A stretch of DNA of 64,000 nt, from assembly GCA_003602415.1 (NCBI GenBank), contig QQSK01000012.1:9841-73840 (forward strand), read 5' to 3'. The position numbers and the translations under genes are program-made. Source of the DNA: Candidatus Poseidoniales archaeon (lineage in GTDB: Archaea; Thermoplasmatota; Poseidoniia; Poseidoniales; Poseidoniaceae). Of the stretch, positions 56,741 to 64,000 are shown piece after piece; position 1 is the stretch's first letter; each line of letters opens with the position of its first letter. Below the pieces are notes generated by a model, which made no database searches, had not been told where the DNA came from, and saw only the letters and a program-made list of their open reading frames with translations.

Positions 56741-57496
56741 TTACTCTTCTTCATAGGTTCTCAATTCACGGTCTCTTATCATGACCATGAGAAACCATAG
56801 TCCAATACCTGCGAAAATATGCTTCATTGTATGTCCACTAATGAATCCAGTTAATTCGAAAATTCGTAAGTCGGTAAATTCGAAAATTGTAGCCAAAACA
56901 AACATTGACAGCCCCTTGATATAACCTGAAACATTGTCATAAATTGATTGACCAAAGTACATCAAAATAGGTAATAGAACGAATGGATGATGTTTGATTA
57001 TGAAATAGAATCTGAGATCATCAAAAATTGTCCATGAGACAACAGATAGTATGCTTAACACCAAAATAGGAATATGAATTTTAGCAACAATATTTCTGTC
57101 CCACATATCATGAATTAGTAAAGAAATACAAGACCCAATTACCACAGACATGCCCAGTCTATCCCAAAAAAGAGTTGAATCATTGGGGTCAAGATGGAAC
57201 CAAACAGAACCGGCAAAGGTTAGAATCATTCCCGAAAAAAGAGTGATGTGAATACTGATTTCATCCTCTGACAAAAGAGATTTTTGACTCCTTTCCTTTA
57301 CCAATAGTAATCCCATTATTCCGGGGAATACAATCACAATATTGGACATCACATCAAGCGTGTTTGGTATACTAAGAAACTCTCTATTATCTGCGAAATT
57401 GTGGTAACTTTGAGGTTGCTCAATTGGACCATATGCAATTGCAATTAGTATACTTGCAAATAATGATAACAAATACAGTTGCTTGGCACTCATCAC
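56741..57496 (-). CDS. 7-TM alkaline-ceramidase-like hydrolase family protein
   Basis: QSYHNFADNREFLSIPNTLDVMSN, WFHLDPN..LFWDRLGM and SGHTMKHIFAG match, from memory, bacterial 'ceramidase' domain proteins. Ends ...RTYEEE. Confidence 0.45.
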   Translation of the reverse strand: MMSAKQLYLLSLFASILIAIAYGPIEQPQSYHNFADNREFLSIPNTLDVMSNIVIVFPGIMGLLLVKERSQKSLLSEDEISIHITLFSGMILTFAGSVWFHLDPNDSTLFWDRLGMSVVIGSCISLLIHDMWDRNIVAKIHIPILVLSILSVVSWTIFDDLRFYFIIKHHPFVLLPILMYFGQSIYDNVSGYIKGLSMFVLATIFEFTDLRIFELTGFISGHTMKHIFAGIGLWFLMVMIRDRELRTYEEE

Positions 57497-57497
57497 T

Positions 57498-57863
57498 TCA
57501 CTCGCCGGTGTATTCTGTCACTCTTATTCCTAGGCGTCCTTGTCTTGCTGGACGCTGCATTATCTTCTCGTATTTGGCTTCAAAAGCAGATTTCAAATCT
57601 ATTTCCATAGCCAAGGAGTGACCCATCAACAGAATCATCACATCAGCCATTTCTTCAGCGCATTCTTCGATTGGTTTTCCCTTGGTTACTGCAGCAGCCA
57701 ACTCACCTAATTCTTCGACGGTCAATGCTATTCTGTAACCCATATCGTGTCCATTGTTGCCAGCAAAATCATGCTTATGATGAAAGGCTGCTACCTTTCG
57801 CATCATCTTACTCCATTCATCATCTTCATCACTGGATAACCAGTCATCAACGCTGCGGCCCAT
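57498..57863 (-). CDS. MazG-like nucleoside triphosphate pyrophosphohydrolase
   Basis: EELGELAAAV....EECAEEMADVMILL (EExxE...D motif). All-alpha, 121 aa. Confidence 0.75.
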   Translation of the reverse strand: MGRSVDDWLSSDEDDEWSKMMRKVAAFHHKHDFAGNNGHDMGYRIALTVEELGELAAAVTKGKPIEECAEEMADVMILLMGHSLAMEIDLKSAFEAKYEKIMQRPARQGRLGIRVTEYTGE

Positions 57864-57891
57864 GTATAGCGGTTTAGAGTACGAAGGTTAG

Positions 57892-58632
57892 TCATTGTGT
57901 CAGTGCTTTGATACATTCAATGACAGGACCTAGTCTTGATTCCGCAGTAGATGATACCTCATTATGGTCTAGATCTTTACCAGAATCTCCCGGTTCCCTT
58001 CCCGCAGCCCAGTTACTGGAAACAAGTATTGCAGAATATGGAATTCCAAATTCTGCAGCTAACTTACATTCTCTTGGCATAGTCATTCCAACTACTTCAC
58101 CGCCTAGATTAGAAATTGCATCTATTTCAGCCGCAGTTTCAAAATGTGGACCTTGGGCCAACCAGTAAGTTCTGCCTAAATTTAGTCCCGGCTGGAGTTT
58201 TGATAGAACTGAATCCAACTTTGAATTCATGGCAGAATCAAATGGAACTGTCATTGAGGTAAATTGTGCATCCTCATTGTGAAATGACATCGCTATACCT
58301 GAGAAGTCAATGTATTGCACTGCATAACCAACTGAACCTGGAGGGAAATCCTCTGGAATCGTTCCGACTGAGCATACTGCAAGAATCGCGTCGACCCCGG
58401 CACCTGCTAATGCTTCGATATTTGCTCTATGGTTAATCTGATGAGGAGGTGTAACTCCTTCACCATGGTGGCGTTCTAGAAAAATTAGTTCGCTACTCCC
58501 ACTCTGAACACAAAACAATGGGACTTCGCCATAACTAGTCTGTGCTATGATGTCATCACTGCGTGTTACATCAATCTCACCAGTAGCAAGGCTGGTCATA
58601 GCCGTGCCGCCGATAAGGCCTAGGCGCATCAT
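57892..58632 (-). CDS. S-methyl-5'-thioadenosine / purine nucleoside phosphorylase (PNP family 2)
   Basis: LGLIGGT, FLERHH....PPHQINHRANIEAL and VVGMT motifs. Confidence 0.8.
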   Translation of the reverse strand: MMRLGLIGGTAMTSLATGEIDVTRSDDIIAQTSYGEVPLFCVQSGSSELIFLERHHGEGVTPPHQINHRANIEALAGAGVDAILAVCSVGTIPEDFPPGSVGYAVQYIDFSGIAMSFHNEDAQFTSMTVPFDSAMNSKLDSVLSKLQPGLNLGRTYWLAQGPHFETAAEIDAISNLGGEVVGMTMPRECKLAAEFGIPYSAILVSSNWAAGREPGDSGKDLDHNEVSSTAESRLGPVIECIKALTQ

Positions 58633-58640
58633 GCTTCAAC

Positions 58641-59621
58641 TCACTCAAGAAGGCGAGCTACGATGTCGGCTTTGGTTCCAGATGTTGCAACACCTGCTGC
58701 CTTTGCCTTTTCTACTAACTCGTCTTTCTTCAATTTCATCAGGCTGGCCTCTGTTTCACCAGATTCTTCTGCTGCAGGTTCTGCTGCTGGCTCTTCAGAT
58801 GCTTCTTCCACAACTTCTTCCTTTTCAGAAATTGATTCCATAGCCTCTGCTGCTGCTAGAAGGTCACCTTCTGCTGGTCCATCATCTTCAGAATCTTCGT
58901 CTGCTTCTGATAATGCTGCTGCCTTCTTTGCCTTTAGTTCGGCTTCCTGGCGAGCTTCTTCAGCATGGATTTCATCAAGAGTTGGTCCTTTTTCAGTAAT
59001 TACACCAGTCTGTAATAGTTGACTCTTACGAATTACTACATTTTTACATGGATAAATTGCTTTAACCGCATTTCTGATTTCGGTTTCCAAATCTCCACCA
59101 AGCATTGATTCTTGCAACTTGGAGTAGTTGGACTTTGCAGCAACTGCACGAATAATTTCAGAAGATTTAGCACGCATTGCTTGCTTTACTGAGGTCTGGC
59201 ATCGGCGTTCTGTGATCATTAGTGGCTTTAGCCTGACCAAGAAACCATCTGTAGTAACAACATCAACAACATCGTCGACCTTTCCACGGTAACGTCGAAT
59301 CTGACGGCGAGTGTGGTCTGATTGGTGAGCATGTCCTACAAATGTGGTCAATGCGTCTTGGCCAACGACATCAGTTACACGGAATCTCAAAAGAACGTGC
59401 ATCTTAGTAAAATCTCCACTGAATTCTTGCTGGGTCATCTCGTATACACGACCCATGATATGTTCATCAGTCTCTCCGATCGTTTCTCCGATTCGCTTGA
59501 AGTTCCAAGGGTGGCGTGGTGCTCTAATTGTGAACCATCGCTTATTCTTCCACTTATCTCGCTGCTTACGTGCTGCTGCACGTGCCTTTGCACTCAACTT
59601 CTTTGCTGCCATTCGAATCAA
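58641..59621 (-). CDS. rps3ae: 30S ribosomal protein eS1 (S3Ae) with an acidic linker of about 120 aa and a C-terminal SAP/HeH motif
   Basis: The N-terminal 200 aa hold the KWKNKRWFTIRAP...F eS1 core. The C-terminus is LMKLKKDELVEKAKAAGVATSGTKADIVARLLE. Confidence 0.85.
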   Translation of the reverse strand: MIRMAAKKLSAKARAAARKQRDKWKNKRWFTIRAPRHPWNFKRIGETIGETDEHIMGRVYEMTQQEFSGDFTKMHVLLRFRVTDVVGQDALTTFVGHAHQSDHTRRQIRRYRGKVDDVVDVVTTDGFLVRLKPLMITERRCQTSVKQAMRAKSSEIIRAVAAKSNYSKLQESMLGGDLETEIRNAVKAIYPCKNVVIRKSQLLQTGVITEKGPTLDEIHAEEARQEAELKAKKAAALSEADEDSEDDGPAEGDLLAAAEAMESISEKEEVVEEASEEPAAEPAAEESGETEASLMKLKKDELVEKAKAAGVATSGTKADIVARLLE

Positions 59622-59695
59622 CTCTCAGATTGCGGGGGCTACCCCACTTGCAAGCCTCGGACCAACATGGCCTATATGAAAGGGGTAGATGGTTG

Positions 59696-59716
59696 AAAAA
59701 CCACCCCTACGGGGTG
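59696..59716 (-). terminator. Hairpin plus U-tract immediately after pdxS
   Basis: Minus strand reads CACCCC-GUA-GGGGUG followed by GUUUUUC. It starts 4 nt after the pdxS stop. Confidence 0.4.
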
Positions 59717-59719
59717 TAT

Positions 59720-60724
59720 CTACCATCCTCTTTGGTCTAGACGAACTTCTAGAGTCTCTAACTCATCTCCTCGCATGGGAGCGCCGTCCATCATCGACAT
59801 GGCCTCAGCGACCTTGTCTGGATCATCATAATGAGCAGTTGCGAGTACAATTGCATCCGCCATTGTTTCCGGGTCCTCAGATTTGAAAATCCCTGAGCCA
59901 ACAAATATTCCATCAACTCCCATTTGCATCATCAGTGAAGCGTCAGCAGGGGTTGCGATTCCTCCAGCACAGAAAGTAACTACTGGAAGACGTCCTAGTT
60001 CTGCGACTTCAACCAAAATCTCTCTGATACTTCCATGCATTTCATCATCGATTTCTCCAAAGGGAGTCATGTTTGAAATTCCTGGTAATTTGCTAGATTC
60101 TGCAAGAACCCTGTACCGATTCATAATCATGTGAGCTGCATCATCTAAACCACCATCATTTAGGGTTTGGATTTGGCGAATTTCCTGGTCGATTAATCTA
60201 GCATGAGTAACCGCTGCCACAACATTTCCAGTTCCAGCTTCCCCTTTTGTTCGAATCATAGCAGCACCTTCGTAAATTCTACGAACTGCTTCTCCTAATC
60301 CTGTTGCACCACATACGAAAGGAATGTCGTGTGCATTTTTATTGATGTGGAAATAAGGGTCTGCTGGAGTAAGAACTTCAGATTCATCAACCATGTCAAC
60401 ACCAAGTGCTTGTAACACTTGAGACTCAGCCTCATGACCAATTCTTGATTTCGCCATCACTGGGATGGATGTGCATTCAATAATCCCGTTAATCATACTT
60501 GGATGTGAAGTTCTAGCAACTCCTCCAGCCTTACGGATGTCTGCAGGTACTCTCTCAAGAGCCATGACTGAGACTGCTCCAGCAGCTTCGGCTACAGCCG
60601 CTTGGTCAGGAGTGACAACGTCCATTATCACGCCGCCCTGTAGCATGGAAGCAAATCCACGCTTCAGTAGGTCATCTGCATGTCGAAGCGTTTTGATGTC
60701 GCCGGATTTATTCATCTCAACCAA
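59720..60724 (-). CDS. pdxS: Pyridoxal 5'-phosphate synthase subunit PdxS
   Basis: [42 protein letters not shown], and the rest of the protein is highly conserved. Confidence 0.95.
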   Translation of the reverse strand: MVEMNKSGDIKTLRHADDLLKRGFASMLQGGVIMDVVTPDQAAVAEAAGAVSVMALERVPADIRKAGGVARTSHPSMINGIIECTSIPVMAKSRIGHEAESQVLQALGVDMVDESEVLTPADPYFHINKNAHDIPFVCGATGLGEAVRRIYEGAAMIRTKGEAGTGNVVAAVTHARLIDQEIRQIQTLNDGGLDDAAHMIMNRYRVLAESSKLPGISNMTPFGEIDDEMHGSIREILVEVAELGRLPVVTFCAGGIATPADASLMMQMGVDGIFVGSGIFKSEDPETMADAIVLATAHYDDPDKVAEAMSMMDGAPMRGDELETLEVRLDQRGW

Positions 60725-60728
60725 ACCT

Positions 60729-60746
60729 AGGGGAGTGTCTTCCCCT
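60729..60746 (-). terminator. Short stem-loop between the ferredoxin and pdxS genes
   Basis: AGGGGA-N6-TCCCCT lies about 30 nt after the ferredoxin stop. Its function (terminator or pdxS 5' UTR element) is not resolved. Confidence 0.3.
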
Positions 60747-60773
60747 CAAGAACATATGTAGTCAACCGTGGGA

Positions 60774-61049
60774 TTAATCGCCAAGGACAGGTGTATCTCC
60801 AGTTGCAATTTCTGCGTCTTGAGATTCTTCCTCATTTCTTTCAATCCATGCTTCTTCTTCATCAGGAACATCGGTATCTGCAAAGATTGCATCGACTGGA
60901 CATTCAGGAATACAAGCACCACAATCAATACACTCGTCTGGGTCTATGATTAGGTAAGTGTCAGCTTCTCTGAAGGCCTCTACTGGGCAAACTGCGACGC
61001 ATTCTTGGTATTTGTGATCAACACATGCGGACGTTACTACGTGAGTCAT
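60774..61049 (-). CDS. 4Fe-4S dicluster-type ferredoxin
   Basis: CVAVCPVEAF and CIDCGACIPECPVDAI. Confidence 0.9.
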   Translation of the reverse strand: MTHVVTSACVDHKYQECVAVCPVEAFREADTYLIIDPDECIDCGACIPECPVDAIFADTDVPDEEEAWIERNEEESQDAEIATGDTPVLGD

Positions 61050-61097
61050 TGGAATCTCTCCGGTGTTCGGTAGAGGTTGGGGGATATAATGGCTTGC

Positions 61098-61601
61098 TCA
61101 AGGCCTTGGATTTTCAGGGAGCCCTAATCTTTCAGCCTCCTCGATAGCCTTCTGTAAAGTAGAAGAAGCAATTTCAATGGCCTCGTTTCCAGGATAAACC
61201 TCTAACTTTGCTCTTCCTTTGATGGTCGGTCTATCACCTGGAACTGTCAAAGTGATTTTACCAGACAAAAGGTCGAGTAAATCCAAACGGATGTGTAGGA
61301 CATTTTCTTCATCTAGTCTCGAATCCAATTCAGACTTCAATGATTCAAGAACTTCAGATCCTAATCTTGCAAGGGATTTTGTCGCTTTAGTTCGGCGTTT
61401 GATTTCTGCTGTTACTACATGAATTGGAGAGCCATGGAATGAATTCATTCTTTCAATTTCGACTAACTCATCATCACCTGTAATCCAAGAAAGAGCCGCA
61501 GCATGGATATATTCATCTTCCAAGCCACTAGCTGTCGATTGCCAAGATATATGGTGAATTCCCATGATAACAATTGAACCCAAAAGGATGGGCATTATCA
61601 A
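61098..61601 (-). CDS. Putative RNA-binding protein (PF01877/DUF54-like)
   Basis: The pattern H.S....SG.ED..........I.G.......E.....FHGSPI.V..A.I......LRLD resembles the archaeal DUF54 family. This is from memory only. Confidence 0.35.
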   Translation of the reverse strand: MIMPILLGSIVIMGIHHISWQSTASGLEDEYIHAAALSWITGDDELVEIERMNSFHGSPIHVVTAEIKRRTKATKSLARLGSEVLESLKSELDSRLDEENVLHIRLDLLDLLSGKITLTVPGDRPTIKGRAKLEVYPGNEAIEIASSTLQKAIEEAERLGLPENPRP

Positions 61602-61843
61602 TCAAGAGGGTGGTCTACGCCTTCTTCGCCTAAAGTCCATCTCAAAGTTTTGATAACTCCATCTAGAGCCTTATGATTTCGAGCGGCTTCCTTCATACCG
61701 TCTCTGTCGCCATCTTTACGACATTGCTCGAACCATTTCTTCCATTGATCACGGCGAGCGATTGCCTTATCGAGCATTTCTTCAATCTCACCCCAAGAAC
61801 GGTCATAACTTCGGACTGGAGCGTCAGCACCGGTATTGCTCAT
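61598..61843 (-). CDS. Hypothetical small helical protein (81 aa)
   Basis: Clean ORF overlapping the downstream gene by 4 nt. No motif recognised. Confidence 0.4.
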   Translation of the reverse strand: MSNTGADAPVRSYDRSWGEIEEMLDKAIARRDQWKKWFEQCRKDGDRDGMKEAARNHKALDGVIKTLRWTLGEEGVDHPLD

Positions 61844-61901
61844 GTGGCTGGGCGAATATCAAGGGTATAAGAATCTGACACCGACGCGATTGGAAAAAAC
61901 A

Positions 61902-62918
61902 TCATCGACGTTCATTCTCAATATCTATCGTAATGTGCTGCTTGTCTCCGATTACACACCTTTGAATACGTGAATCAATGATTGAATTCTCGCCAATAAT
62001 TGAAGATTCTGAAACTCCATTAATACGAGAATTTGACATCACTACAGAATTTACCACAGCACCATTTACAGATGCACCTGAAAGAATGACTGAATTTTCC
62101 ACATGACCACTTACCATCGCTTGACTACTGATGAAAGAACCGTCAGGTAATATTTCACCATCTGGCATTGGGAATGGTAATTCATTTCTGCGCTCAATTA
62201 GCGCCATTTGCGCACTGTGTAGCTCAAATGGATGACCTACGTCAAACCATATTCCATTCACGGTTTTAGCATACATTGGCCAACCTCGAGACAGAACATC
62301 TGGAAAGAGTTGTTTAGAAAAATCATATTTCTCACCGGCAGGAATCAAATCCATTACTTCTGGTTCAATAATGTATAATCCTGCATTTATCAGGTTCGAA
62401 AAGGCCTCTTCTTTGCTGGGCTTTTCCTTGAATTTAGAAATAAAACCCTCTGATAATTTGGATTCTACGGGTCCGCCTTGAGATGATGAAAGACCTACGA
62501 TTCCAAATTCAGTAGGATCTTCAACCTTCCAAAGTGCCATAGTTACTTTAGCACCAGATTCTCTATGTGACTTGAGCAAATCCTCGATGTCAAATGATGC
62601 AACTGAATCTCCAGAACCTACGACAAAAGTGTCGTTCAATAACTCGTCTAGAAGTTTTACACTACCAGCGGTCCCCATCGGTGAACTTTCCTGATTTACT
62701 CTACTTGCTACATTCCAGGTTTCCACATGTGAAATTAGTTGCTCACCTTGGTAACCGGTTGTAACAATGATTTCTGATAAACCTGCAGCGACCATCGCAT
62801 CTTTGACATAATCAATGACAGGGCGACCTAACACTGGAACCATTGGTTTTGGACGATTCTTGGTTAAAGGCATCAGACGGGTGCCGCGGCCCCCGGCCAT
62901 AATGATGCCAAGCAGAAT
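61902..62918 (-). CDS. Sugar-1-phosphate nucleotidyltransferase with a C-terminal left-handed beta-helix; the start is probably upstream of the first ATG at 62900
   Basis: (I)LLGIIMAGGRGTRLMPLTKNRPKPMVPV is the G-x-G-T-R-L signature including the first beta-strand. That strand lies before the first ATG. Confidence 0.8.
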   Translation of the reverse strand: MLLGIIMAGGRGTRLMPLTKNRPKPMVPVLGRPVIDYVKDAMVAAGLSEIIVTTGYQGEQLISHVETWNVASRVNQESSPMGTAGSVKLLDELLNDTFVVGSGDSVASFDIEDLLKSHRESGAKVTMALWKVEDPTEFGIVGLSSSQGGPVESKLSEGFISKFKEKPSKEEAFSNLINAGLYIIEPEVMDLIPAGEKYDFSKQLFPDVLSRGWPMYAKTVNGIWFDVGHPFELHSAQMALIERRNELPFPMPDGEILPDGSFISSQAMVSGHVENSVILSGASVNGAVVNSVVMSNSRINGVSESSIIGENSIIDSRIQRCVIGDKQHITIDIENERR

Positions 62919-62919
62919 C

Positions 62920-63930
62920 TCACTTCCTTCCTCGAGAAGCGGTCATATCGACTCGACGCATGCTCTTTTTCTTGTTCGAACGGCCTTTCTTAACCTCTAC
63001 ACCAGCTCTGTCTCCAGACATGGTTCCTCCAAACGAAAGGGTACCTGAATTTAGAAGGTGGTCGACCATGGAATCTGCGACCTTGGAATCTTCCGCACCA
63101 GTTTTCATTTCTTTGGTTACTGAAGCATTATGATCAGTAATCCATGATTCTCTTTCTTCACGAGCAATTTTTAGTTTGTCTTTGGCTTCATTGACTTCTT
63201 TCATCAATTCAGTAATCTTGGAATGAACTTCATCCGCCTTCTCCTTACAAGCTACGAACTCTTTGTGGAATCTGTCGCCTTCGCCCTTTAGGAAGTCACG
63301 GTGAGAGAACAATTCGTCCAACTCTTTGCTCATTCCTTTTGCCTTTTCTAAACACTCAACGAATTGTTTGTGAGCATCGTCGGCTTCTGCTTTCAAAGTT
63401 GCAATAGCCTCATCCCTATTTGATAAGTCGACCTTAATCAATTGTAATTTCTCGACCTCAGGTTCAAGTTCTTTCATTCTACGACGCATGACCTTGATTT
63501 TCTCCATGGTTTCTTTCTCCTTCTTAGAAGACATTCCACCTCGGGTTTCGAAAACCTTCTCCATGTTGTCTACTTCACTGGAAAGTTTGTTGAACTCAAA
63601 TGATGCTGATTTCTTTTCATCCTTATCTCCACGCTGAGCTTTAGCTTGTCCGATTAAATCTCTAATCTGCGCTTGAATAGCATCTCTGCGCTTCTTGTGA
63701 ACATTCTGTTCAGCCCGAATGGCTTTGACCTCTGCAACTGACAAGTCGAGCTTTTCTCTGTGTTCCTTATACTGAGATTGAATTGCATTTCGCTGTTCAG
63801 CAAATCGCTTTGCCTGTTCGTTGTGATTGTTTCGAGAATCACGTAACTTTCGAACTTTAGCTTCCATCTGGTGAAGATGGTCTCTCAAGTCATTGTCAGG
63901 ACGAGTTTCCTCATTTCCTTGCTCGGTCAT
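62920..63930 (-). CDS. Archaeal coiled-coil protein (COG1340-like) with a basic C-terminal tail
   Basis: K/E-rich heptad-like sequence runs throughout. C-terminus is KKGRSNKKKSMRRVDMTASRGRK. Confidence 0.55.
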   Translation of the reverse strand: MTEQGNEETRPDNDLRDHLHQMEAKVRKLRDSRNNHNEQAKRFAEQRNAIQSQYKEHREKLDLSVAEVKAIRAEQNVHKKRRDAIQAQIRDLIGQAKAQRGDKDEKKSASFEFNKLSSEVDNMEKVFETRGGMSSKKEKETMEKIKVMRRRMKELEPEVEKLQLIKVDLSNRDEAIATLKAEADDAHKQFVECLEKAKGMSKELDELFSHRDFLKGEGDRFHKEFVACKEKADEVHSKITELMKEVNEAKDKLKIAREERESWITDHNASVTKEMKTGAEDSKVADSMVDHLLNSGTLSFGGTMSGDRAGVEVKKGRSNKKKSMRRVDMTASRGRK

Positions 63931-64000
63931 GGCTTTGGCGATGGCTTACTTATTTTCAATGCTACTATTGAAAAAAGCAATCATGCAGATGCCAAAACTG

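Noticed and set aside
58663-59022. 119-aa Ser/Ala-rich plus-strand ORF.
   Set aside because: It is antisense to the GAA/GCT-rich acidic linker of the eS1 gene and is a low-complexity mirror-frame artefact.
63953-63974. Perfect palindrome TTTTCAAT-N6-ATTGAAAA upstream of the coiled-coil gene.
   Set aside because: It is short, AT-rich and in an AT-rich promoter region. From one instance it cannot be told apart from a TATA/BRE context or from chance.

Overview
This 64-kb segment looks like chromosome from a low-GC archaeon. Supporting genes are Rpo11, aEF-1beta with its Zn-ribbon partner, eS1/S3Ae, proteasome beta, aCPSF1/FttA, SepF and archaeal-type AsnRS and TrpRS. It also has an RNase P RNA and two tRNAs with encoded CCA. 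The proteins are very acidic, and there are three giant surface proteins (1012, about 1490 and about 1607 aa) and two RND/MMPL-type exporters. Several genes are bacterial-type (PlsC, ThyA-FolA, RibA, VKOR). Together this suggests a planktonic marine Thermoplasmatota lineage such as Marine Group II/Poseidoniales, but that is inference only. I call about 68 protein genes, 2 tRNAs (Lys-CUU, Pro-UGG; the latter was hidden inside a listed ORF), one RNase P RNA (not in the ORF track), one 111-bp coding tandem repeat and a few stem-loop terminators. I found no rRNA, CRISPR, transposase, integrase or recognisable defence genes. The leads most worth following are: (1) a VKOR-centred extracytoplasmic disulfide-bond island with several anchored CXXC thioredoxin-fold proteins and an unknown two-Cys/His-cluster partner; (2) a C-terminal ...EEE-COOH tail recurring on membrane proteins, including the archaeosortase-like protein, VKOR and a thioredoxin; (3) an exosortase/archaeosortase-family protein with PGF-like candidate substrates; (4) two genes whose conserved N-termini lie upstream of any canonical start codon, right after the upstream stop, one of them in frame with the OsmC gene across a single TGA; (5) a pyruvoyl-arginine-decarboxylase homologue lacking the self-processing Ser-Ser; (6) ribosomal protein eS1 carrying a C-terminal SAP/HeH motif; (7) two 'giant CARDB-anchored surface protein + RND exporter' modules. 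All functional calls come from motif recognition by eye, and no database search was run.
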